Assembly (NCBI GenBank): GCA_964242255.1
Contig: CAXTCO010000001.1
Coordinates: 8,539-72,538 of the forward strand
Source: an uncultured Caulobacteraceae bacterium
GTDB taxonomy: Bacteria; Pseudomonadota; Alphaproteobacteria; Caulobacterales; Caulobacteraceae
Length of the DNA stretch: 64,000 nucleotides
Reading direction: 5' to 3'
Position 1 is the stretch's first letter; the number at the start of each line of letters is the position of its first letter. Shown here in pieces: positions 30,275 through 38,186 of this stretch. The notes beneath the pieces were generated by a model that was not told the origin of the DNA, ran no database searches, and saw only the letters and a program-made list of their open reading frames with translations. The position numbers were made by a program, and so were the translations under genes.

Positions 30275-33200
30275 GGCACCTGCGCTCCCGTGTTGCCGCC
30301 GTAGCGCGGGCCGCCGCCGATCCCGCCGCCGCCGCCGCTTGGCGGCGTATAGGTCGGAGGCGAGTAAGTCGGAGCGCCTCCGCTCCCGCCGCTCGTGCTG
30401 GTCATCGGGGCCTGCAGCCCGATGGGAATGTAGTTATAGGCGTTGTTGACCATTGCGTCGGTAGCCGGCGGGGGTTGCAGGTCACACGCGCCAGTGCTGA
30501 GATTGTAGAAGACCCATGTTTCGCCACCGACGTTGCTGAACGTCTGACTGTTCCACGAATACTTGGTGCCGTTCGTGAGCGTGACGCTGCCTTGCGCGAC
30601 GCTGATCTGGCCGACCCCGGGCGACGACAGCGGGTAAGGCGGAGAGTACACCGCCCCCGTAGCGGTGCTCATCGAATAGGGCGCTTGGCTCCCACCCGTG
30701 AGCCGGCTCTGCGTGGCGAGGGCTCCCTGTCCGCTGATGGCGCCGGCCACGTTGGCGCTTGTCACGTCCGCGCCAGCCTGGCGGGGCCAGTAGTTCGTGA
30801 TGCTCTGGCCGTTGTATTGGTTAAAGAGGTAATCCGCCTTGATCGCCGGCCCGCCGTTGATAACGCCGGACATGAGATCGCGGAAGACCGCAGGCACATT
30901 CGTCAGGCCGTTATACCAATCTGCGAAGCTCTGCGTCGCCAGAGCACCTTGCCCACTGATACCCGAGGCGGTGTGTGAGCTCGTGATGTCCGCCCCCGAC
31001 TGCGCCGGCTGCAAGGCGCTCACCGTCTGTCCGTTCGGATACTGCACCTGACCCGTCGGCAAACTCCCCGCCGTCTGCGTCGCCAAGTTGACGGTGGAAG
31101 ACGTCGCAAGCGCGCTCTGGCCTGTGATCGAGGCGGCGACGTTCGCCCCCGTCTCGTTGGCGAGCCTGGACGACGGCCCCGAGCTGTAGGGAGGCGCGGA
31201 GGTCTGTCCGGGCGACACCTTCGCCATGAACGGCTGGGCGGCGAAGGAGCTGACGTTCCCGGTGCAGCCGGCGGGCACGATGACCCGGACCACCATGAAG
31301 GCGTGGAAGACGCCGCCCGGGATCGTCACGAAGCCGCCGACCCGGCTGTAGTGGCCCTGGATGTCGCCGTTCGAGCTGTAGGGGTCGTTGCCCGTGCCGC
31401 CCGAGCCCGCCACCGCCGACCACACCAGGTTGCCGAAGGGGTCGATGCCGTAGACGATCACCTGACAGCTGCTCGCGCCGTTGGCGTAGGCGCACATGGC
31501 GGAGGCGTAGTAGGTCTCGCCGCCGTTCACCTGGACGGCGTGCTTGTTGACGTGGGTGGAGCTGGTGTCGTTGTTCAGGAGCGTGCTGAACACGTCCACG
31601 TAGCCGCCGGCGGTCAGGCTCTTCCCGCTGGGCGCGTAGACCTGCGCTACGTTGTAGTAGCTGTTCAGGTTCTGGCGGACGAAGCCGCCGCTGAAGCTGT
31701 CGTAGCCCGTCCCGAAGTTCGCGGCAGGGTAGAGGAAGTCGCTGTCCAGGATCTGGTTGCCGCCGCTGGTGGCGACGTTGGCGTTGGCGACCTGGGTGGG
31801 CGTGAGCGAGGTGTTCGCCGCCAGCGCGCTCTGGCCGCTGACCGCCGAGGCGATGTTCACGGCCGTCTGGTCCGCCGCGCGGTCCGGCGGCCCGGGGACG
31901 TAGTTGGGCGGCGAGACCTGGTCGCTGGAGACCTTCGTCAGCATCACCTGGCCGCAGTAGCCCTGGCCGCCCGCGTTGGCGGGGATGTCCACCCGCACCA
32001 GCAGCGTCACATACCAGGCGCCGCTCCCGACGGTGTAGAAGCCGCCCACGCGGCTGTAGTGGCCCTGGAGGTCGCCGTTGCCGGCGTACTGGTCGTTCGC
32101 GACGCCGCCGGTGCCCAGCACCACCTCGCCGACGATCGTTCCGTTGTAGCTCCAGAAGACGGCGTGGACTTCCATGTTCGTCGCGCCGCTCGTGAACGAG
32201 CACATCGCCGAGCCGTAGATCCGGTCGCCCGCGTTCACCTGGAGCGCGTAGCGCTGCAGGTTGTTGGCCGAGTTGCCCGGCAGCGTGTGCAGGACGTCGA
32301 ACACGCCGCCCGTCGAGGAGGCCTGCGACGTGTAGGCGTAGGCGTAGGGCTGGATCCCGTAGGCGTAGTTGCGCTGGATCGAGCCGCCCGTTCCGCCGAG
32401 GCTGTCGTAGCCCGGGCCGAAGCAGGTCAGGCCCTGCCTGAACTCGCTGTCCACCACCGCATTCCCGGCGCTGGTCTGGACATTCGAGTTGAGGACCTGG
32501 GCGACCGTCTGCGTCGCCGTGGCGAGCGCGCCTTGGCCCGCCACGGAGGCGGAGACGGCGTTCGCCGTCTTGTCCGCCGCCACGGTCGCCGGCTGCAGGA
32601 GCTGCGCCGTCTGACCGTTCGTGTAGCTGACCGAGCCGGCCGGCAGCGCGCCAGAGACCTGCGAGCTCAGGCTGACGCTGCCGGTCGTCTGGGTGCCGAG
32701 GTTGACGCTGCTGAGGGTCGCGAGCGCGCCCTGGCCCGAGATCGCTGAGGCGACGTTGGAGCCGGTCTGGTCGGCGGTCCGGTCGGTGGCACCCACCTGG
32801 TAGGGCGGCGCGGCGGTCTGGCCCGCGGCCACCTTGGCGAGGAACGGGCGCGCCGCGGCGGCCTGGCAGTCGCCCGTGCAGCCGGCCGGCACGTTCACCC
32901 GGGCGAGGATCGTGGCGAAGCGGGCGCTGATCGGCACGGTCACGAAGCCGCCGACCCTCGTAAACCACCCGTCGATGTCGCCGTTCAGGCCGTAGAAGTT
33001 CGGGTCGGCGAGGAAGCCGCCGGTGGCGATCGCCGACGAGGGCAGCGCCGCGCCGTTGACGTCCCACCACTCCACCCAGACGGAGACGCCCGTGGCCCCG
33101 TGGCCGTAGAGGGCGTGGACCGAGGCGTAGACGGTGTCGCCGGGGGTGACGACCGCACCGTAGCGGAGCAGGTAGCCGAGACCCTGGTCCTGGCCAGGGT

Positions 33201-36200
33201 TCGTCTGGAAGATGTCGAAGACCTGCGCCGCGGCGGGCGATCCCGCGCCGCCGGGCAGCTTCGCCTGGATGTAGTTGCCGTAGCCGCCGCTGTTGGCGGA
33301 GCGCAACGGGGTGACCGTGGTGGTGGAGTAGCCCGGCCCGTAGGCGAAGCCGTTCCGGATCATGCCGCTGTCGACGATCAGGTTCGAGCCGAGCGCCACG
33401 TTCGCGTTCAGCACGGCGGCGACCGTGGTTGGCGTGGTGGCCAGCGGGCCCTGGCCGGCGAGGGACGCCGCCGTGTTCAGCGAGGTGACGTCGGCGCCCG
33501 CCTGGCCCGGCTGCAGGTTCTGGACCGTGATGCCGCCGGCGTAGGTCACCGAGCCCGCCGGCAGCGAGCCGGTCACCTGCGAGGTCAGGCTGACCGAGCT
33601 CGCCGTGGCGAGCGCGCCCTGGCCGGCGATCGCCGACGCCACGTTGGTGGACGTCTGGTCCGCGTTCGGGACGCCGACGCCCGGCGTCGCAGCGGCCAGC
33701 TCCGTCGCCCCGGCCTGCGCGATCCTGAGCATGGGCGCCTGGATCGTCAGCGACGCGGGACCTGCCCCGCTGGTGAACGCGATCACGTCGAGGGTGGCGT
33801 AAGCGGCGTTCGCCGGGGCGACGGTGAAGCCGCCCGGCCGGATCATGGCCGCGATGCCCCCGGCCGAGTTCGAGAAGGCGGAGAAGTCGGTGATAAACGG
33901 TGCGATCTCTTGCGGAACGATCGACGAGCCGTTCTTGTCCCAGAAGTAGACCTCAGCGTTCACGCGCGAGACGTTGGCGCAGACCGCGTAGGCGCTGGCC
34001 TCGATCTTGTCGCCGGGCTTGCACGGCAGGGCGTAGGACCGGACTTCCTGCTCGTTGGCTGCAATCGCATGGCCGCCGTAGCCTTGACCGATCGCGAACT
34101 CCTTGCCGGCCGCGGGCGTGCCGCTGGTGGCGCGCTGCAGCGCCCCCTTGCCGTTGAGCAGCACGCGCTGCGCCGCGCCGCACGAGTAGGTCTCGTCGTA
34201 GTTCTGGCACCAGAAGGCGCTGACGAACTGGAAGTCGGTGTCGATGAGCGCGTTGCCGCCCGTCGCCGCCGCCAGGTGCACGCCGTCGACGATCTGCTCT
34301 TCCTGCTGGATCGTCAGGTCGCCCGTGACGATCGGTGAGGCGTCGGTGCCGAGCTCGAGCCTGTCTCCGGGGATGCCCCGCACTGAGACGTAGCGGACGC
34401 CGACGACGAAGCCCGCCTGCGCCGGCAGCCCGGTGAGCTGCGTCTGCACGGCGACGTCGTACTGCAGGTCGATCGGCACGGCCTGCGACCACACCGTCGA
34501 TCCCGGGAGCCGGTAGTCGATCAGCGCCCGCGAGACGTTGGGATTGGTGGGCGTCCCCGTGACCAGGATCACTGGCGCTGTGGTGCCGTCGCCGCCGGGC
34601 AGCTCGCCGCCGATCGCCAGCCAGTCGGCCTCGAGCGGGGCCGGGATGTTGAAGATGTCGATCCCGGTCAGCGCCGGGATGGCTGGCGGGCTCGCCGTCT
34701 CGCCGAGGGCGAAGGCGTGCTTCCCGTCCGTCTCGGAGCGCAGAGTCAGCGTGCAGACGAAGGTGGACGGGTCGACCGTCCGGCTCAGGATCAAGCACTT
34801 CTGGTTGTTCAGCCCGTATTCGGGCTCGTTGACCGTGATGCAGTCGCCCGGCCGGTAGCCCATCCAGCGCGGCTTGCAGGGCAGCGTGATCGGTCCGAAC
34901 TCGCGCCCGTTCTCGATGTCGTAGCGCGCCAGCGTCGCCGCCTGGTCGGCCGACTGGCAGAGCGTGTATTCGACCTCCTTGGAGCGCTGGCCGCCGTCGT
35001 GTGCGAAGTAGGCCGTGACCTGGATCGGCGCGGCGGTCGGGACGATGTTCCAGCCCTGCGCCTCCTCGCGGTAGCGCGGCCAGATGGTGTTCGGCGCGGC
35101 CCGCGCGGACTGGATCGCCGCGATCGCCACGTCGCCGATCACGTCCGCTCCGGTCAGGGTGTCGAGGCTGACCTTCGGCGCATCGACCAGGCACGAGATC
35201 TTCGCGCCGAGCGGGATGGGCTGGCCGGAGCCGGCGTTCAGGATGGCGCGCAGCACGTCGCGCTTTCCGTCGGTCGAGTAGATCACGCCGCCGCAGGTCC
35301 AGCCGTGGCTGTCGGCGACGTTGGCGCCCTCGACGAAGGCCGCGACGTCGATGGCCGCCACGGGGGCATGCAGCCCGACCGTCTTCCGGCCGTTCGCGGT
35401 CCGGCCGATGCACCAGGTCAGGCCATGGATGTAGGGGTTCTGGCTGTAGGCCCAGGTCGTCTCGTCGCCGGCGCGCTGCGGCCCGGAGCCGCCGGGGTAG
35501 GTGCTGTCGAGCCGCGGGTCGTAGGCGCTGACGCCCTCGACGACGACCAGCGGCTTGACCTCGCCCGCCGGATACTTGGCGGTGTCGTACTCCATGCTCA
35601 TGATGGTGTGCGACAGGCCAGAGAGCAGGCAGCTCGCGGTCCAGGTGGACGGGATGCCCGAGTGGTTGGCCGGGGTGTCCTTCGACCCCGTGTTCGTGAA
35701 GGTGATGTGCTGGCCGGGCTGGGGCCCGAGGCTCGACTTCCACCACAGGCGGTTCTGGTAGAACGACGTCGAGCCCGGGCCCGTCACCTGCGTGTTGACC
35801 GCGTGCGCCTGGGTCGTCGCGCTCTTCAGCGAGAACTCGGTCCCGACCGAGTAGACGGTGTCGATCGTCAGCGTCTCACCGCCGACGGTGATGGACTGGC
35901 CGCCGCCAAAGTTCTGAACGGAGGCGACGGGCAGCACCGTCGCGCCGGCTGGGACCGCCTGGGAAAGCGACGTCGTCGGCGAGCCCGCGCCCGCGCCCTC
36001 CCCGCCGTCGGCCGTGAAGCTCACCGCGACGTCGTTCGCGGTGAACCCGGAGACGGACTTCACGGGCCCGGCGCACGACAGCACCGTGGTGACCAGCTCG
36101 TACTTGTTGTTGTCGCCCGAAACGTCCTTGAGGACGATCGAGCCGGACGTTCCGGTTCGCCCGATGAGGTAGGGGACCGGCGCCGTCGGGTCGGCCTGCC

Positions 36201-36456
36201 AGTCGATCTGCGTGCCGGCGGCCGTCTGGCCCACTTTGGGCGCGGTCAGGACGGTGGCCACCTCGAGCGCACCGATCGACAGCAGCGCCGGCGTGAGCGC
36301 CATCACCGCGCCCTCGATCGCCAGCTGGCCGAGCACGCCCACGCCGACCGCCGACGCTGCGCCGGCAGCGATCGCGCCGGCGGCCGCGCCGACCGTCGCG
36401 ACGGCGGTGGAGATCGCCCCCACGACGGCGGCGGCGGCGGCGGCGACCATGGGCAT
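30271..36456 (-). CDS. Host-specificity / tail fibre megaprotein (RcGTA g15-like N-terminal two fifths plus four tandem beta-sandwich-like modules)
   Basis: 2061-aa ORF in the position after the peptidase gene. Four paralogous ~190-aa modules. Eight copies of the A(I/V)(A/S)GQ(G/S)ALA(T/A) linker motif. Gly-rich C-terminus. Confidence 0.85.
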   Translation of the reverse strand: MPMVAAAAAAVVGAISTAVATVGAAAGAIAAGAASAVGVGVLGQLAIEGAVMALTPALLSIGALEVATVLTAPKVGQTAAGTQIDWQADPTAPVPYLIGRTGTSGSIVLKDVSGDNNKYELVTTVLSCAGPVKSVSGFTANDVAVSFTADGGEGAGAGSPTTSLSQAVPAGATVLPVASVQNFGGGQSITVGGETLTIDTVYSVGTEFSLKSATTQAHAVNTQVTGPGSTSFYQNRLWWKSSLGPQPGQHITFTNTGSKDTPANHSGIPSTWTASCLLSGLSHTIMSMEYDTAKYPAGEVKPLVVVEGVSAYDPRLDSTYPGGSGPQRAGDETTWAYSQNPYIHGLTWCIGRTANGRKTVGLHAPVAAIDVAAFVEGANVADSHGWTCGGVIYSTDGKRDVLRAILNAGSGQPIPLGAKISCLVDAPKVSLDTLTGADVIGDVAIAAIQSARAAPNTIWPRYREEAQGWNIVPTAAPIQVTAYFAHDGGQRSKEVEYTLCQSADQAATLARYDIENGREFGPITLPCKPRWMGYRPGDCITVNEPEYGLNNQKCLILSRTVDPSTFVCTLTLRSETDGKHAFALGETASPPAIPALTGIDIFNIPAPLEADWLAIGGELPGGDGTTAPVILVTGTPTNPNVSRALIDYRLPGSTVWSQAVPIDLQYDVAVQTQLTGLPAQAGFVVGVRYVSVRGIPGDRLELGTDASPIVTGDLTIQQEEQIVDGVHLAAATGGNALIDTDFQFVSAFWCQNYDETYSCGAAQRVLLNGKGALQRATSGTPAAGKEFAIGQGYGGHAIAANEQEVRSYALPCKPGDKIEASAYAVCANVSRVNAEVYFWDKNGSSIVPQEIAPFITDFSAFSNSAGGIAAMIRPGGFTVAPANAAYATLDVIAFTSGAGPASLTIQAPMLRIAQAGATELAAATPGVGVPNADQTSTNVASAIAGQGALATASSVSLTSQVTGSLPAGSVTYAGGITVQNLQPGQAGADVTSLNTAASLAGQGPLATTPTTVAAVLNANVALGSNLIVDSGMIRNGFAYGPGYSTTTVTPLRSANSGGYGNYIQAKLPGGAGSPAAAQVFDIFQTNPGQDQGLGYLLRYGAVVTPGDTVYASVHALYGHGATGVSVWVEWWDVNGAALPSSAIATGGFLADPNFYGLNGDIDGWFTRVGGFVTVPISARFATILARVNVPAGCTGDCQAAAARPFLAKVAAGQTAAPPYQVGATDRTADQTGSNVASAISGQGALATLSSVNLGTQTTGSVSLSSQVSGALPAGSVSYTNGQTAQLLQPATVAADKTANAVSASVAGQGALATATQTVAQVLNSNVQTSAGNAVVDSEFRQGLTCFGPGYDSLGGTGGSIQRNYAYGIQPYAYAYTSQASSTGGVFDVLHTLPGNSANNLQRYALQVNAGDRIYGSAMCSFTSGATNMEVHAVFWSYNGTIVGEVVLGTGGVANDQYAGNGDLQGHYSRVGGFYTVGSGAWYVTLLVRVDIPANAGGQGYCGQVMLTKVSSDQVSPPNYVPGPPDRAADQTAVNIASAVSGQSALAANTSLTPTQVANANVATSGGNQILDSDFLYPAANFGTGYDSFSGGFVRQNLNSYYNVAQVYAPSGKSLTAGGYVDVFSTLLNNDTSSTHVNKHAVQVNGGETYYASAMCAYANGASSCQVIVYGIDPFGNLVWSAVAGSGGTGNDPYSSNGDIQGHYSRVGGFVTIPGGVFHAFMVVRVIVPAGCTGNVSSFAAQPFMAKVSPGQTSAPPYSSGPSSRLANETGANVAASITGQSALATSSTVNLATQTAGSLPTGQVQYPNGQTVSALQPAQSGADITSSHTASGISGQGALATQSFADWYNGLTNVPAVFRDLMSGVINGGPAIKADYLFNQYNGQSITNYWPRQAGADVTSANVAGAISGQGALATQSRLTGGSQAPYSMSTATGAVYSPPYPLSSPGVGQISVAQGSVTLTNGTKYSWNSQTFSNVGGETWVFYNLSTGACDLQPPPATDAMVNNAYNYIPIGLQAPMTSTSGGSGGAPTYSPPTYTPPSGGGGGIGGGPRYGGNTGAQVP

Positions 36457-36460
36457 GCGC

Positions 36461-36880
36461 TCAGGTCCTCCAGGCGGTCAGGAAGCGACGCGGCGCGAGC
36501 ACGCGCGCCTGGTCCGTGTGGAAGCCGAGCACCCGGCCGTTACCGAGGGCTACGCACAGGGCCGGTGCGCCGTCCTCGGCGGGCAGCGCCACCAAGTCGA
36601 GCGGCAGGGTGGCCGCCGGCGGGATGCGGTCGAGGCCCTGGCCGTCGAGGGCCTGCTCGAGATCCGCGTAGCCCAGCCGGCGGAGCGCGCGCACCGACCC
36701 CGCCGGCGAGGTGTAGCGCTGGGCGTCCTCGAGCTGCGAGGAGCGGCCGCGCTGCAGCAGGGCGGCGTGCGCCAGGCGGGCGCAGTCGCGCTCCCCCCAA
36801 CGGAAGGGCGCCGCGATCCAATCGGCCAGCAGGGCCTGCGCGCCCGCGACGCGCCGCTCGAGGTCGGTCGGCTCGCGCAT
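36461..36880 (-). CDS. Phage cell-wall peptidase, NlpC/P60-like (RcGTA g14 position)
   Basis: ATG 36880 (MREPTDLERRV), 139 aa. FRWGERDCARLAH candidate catalytic Cys. Call is by position and motif. Confidence 0.55.
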   Translation of the reverse strand: MREPTDLERRVAGAQALLADWIAAPFRWGERDCARLAHAALLQRGRSSQLEDAQRYTSPAGSVRALRRLGYADLEQALDGQGLDRIPPAATLPLDLVALPAEDGAPALCVALGNGRVLGFHTDQARVLAPRRFLTAWRT

Positions 36881-37569
36881 CAGAACGGCTGCAGGGCCAG
36901 GCCGGACACCCCGCCGATCCCGCCGAAGCCGCTGCCGCCCGAGGCGGCGGTCCCGGTCGACGGCGCCGCGGTCGCCGCTGGCCGCGGCGCGTTCGAGCCC
37001 CAGGGCAGGTGGTCCAGGACGGAGGTGACACCGTAAAGGCCCGTGTCGCCGGGCCAGATCGACTGCTGCCAGGCGTCGCAGAGGCGCACGCCCTCGTCGT
37101 CGGCGAACATGGTGTCCCAAGCCGAGGTGATCGTCAGCTCGACGCTGCGACCGCCGCCGCGCCCCGCCGGGATCTTGAGCGTCGGGACGTCCACCGAGCC
37201 GTAGAAGCGCAGGTCCGGGTCGGCGACCGGCAGGCCTGTCGTGCGGTCGATCACGCCCACCCAGAGCGAGAAGGCGGCGCCCTGCATGGCCGGGGAAGCC
37301 AGCGCCGCGGCCGCCGTGTTCGTGGGCGTCAACAGCGTCAAGGTCAGCGAGGGCGCCTCGCCGTCCACCCCGTCGGCGAAGGCGGTCAGCGTCCCCAGGA
37401 CGCCGTAGACAAGATCGCGGCCCAGGAAGGTGTTCCCGCCGAAGGTCACCATGCCCGCGCCGTCCAGGAGCCGGATCGGCCCCGTGGGCGCGTCGAGCTC
37501 CACGGCGCCGAAGGCCAGGACGGAGGACGCGGAGAACCCGGCGTCCAGGGCGGGGCTGAACGTGGTCAT
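36880..37569 (-). CDS. Tail tip/hub protein (lambda gpL / RcGTA g13 position)
   Basis: ATG 37569 overlapping the upstream stop (ATGA), 229 aa. Call mainly by gene order. Confidence 0.55.
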   Translation of the reverse strand: MTTFSPALDAGFSASSVLAFGAVELDAPTGPIRLLDGAGMVTFGGNTFLGRDLVYGVLGTLTAFADGVDGEAPSLTLTLLTPTNTAAAALASPAMQGAAFSLWVGVIDRTTGLPVADPDLRFYGSVDVPTLKIPAGRGGGRSVELTITSAWDTMFADDEGVRLCDAWQQSIWPGDTGLYGVTSVLDHLPWGSNAPRPAATAAPSTGTAASGGSGFGGIGGVSGLALQPF

Positions 37570-38147
37570 CGATCCTCGGTCAGCTGGAAGTCGAGGGTGG
37601 TGAAGCGCTTCAGCGCGTGGCGCCAACCGGTCGGGCCGTCCGCGTAGCCCTCGATGATCGGGGCGGCGAAACTCAGCGTCGCGCCGTTCGGGGGCGCCGT
37701 GCGGAGCATCGGCGCGATGGAGAGCTGCGTCGCCCCGGCGGCCGCCGGCTGGGTCGCCATGTGCAGGTAGGAGTGGCCGTCCGCGCCGTTGAAGGAGAAG
37801 TAGGCCCCCACCAGCACGGGGTGGTTCAGCGCCGTGACGTTCAGCAGCGTGCCCGCCTGGCCCCCGGCGGACACGTTCGCCGACGCCGCCGTGCCGCCCA
37901 GGGCCGGCTGCGGCCACGCCAGGCGGAGGGTGTCGCCTTCCGCTTCGGCCTGGGCCAGAGCGGCCACCCATACCGCGCCACAATCGGCGTCCAGCTGCGG
38001 CAGGCTCACCTTGACGGTGTGGCGCGATCCGAGACGGCGCATGCGGGTCACGGGGCCGCCCAGCGCCGGCGTCAGGTCCGAGCCGAAGCTCAGGATTTGC
38101 GGCTGGATGTCCGCGGTGAGCGGCAGAGCGGGCAGGCTGATGGGCAT
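37566..38147 (-). CDS. Distal tail protein (lambda gpM / RcGTA g12 position)
   Basis: 193-aa ORF directly after the tape measure gene. Confidence 0.55.
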   Translation of the reverse strand: MPISLPALPLTADIQPQILSFGSDLTPALGGPVTRMRRLGSRHTVKVSLPQLDADCGAVWVAALAQAEAEGDTLRLAWPQPALGGTAASANVSAGGQAGTLLNVTALNHPVLVGAYFSFNGADGHSYLHMATQPAAAGATQLSIAPMLRTAPPNGATLSFAAPIIEGYADGPTGWRHALKRFTTLDFQLTEDR

Positions 38148-38186
38148 CCGGCCTCCCGACGGGGTGGGTGGAGATCGCGGGTCAGG

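Noticed and set aside
26907-36456. Diversity-generating retroelement (template/variable repeat) explanation for the shared 52-bp fibre-linker segment.
   Set aside because: No reverse transcriptase gene is present in the window. The 7 mismatches are not restricted to adenine positions of either copy. The repeated segment is a conserved linker rather than a C-terminal variable region.
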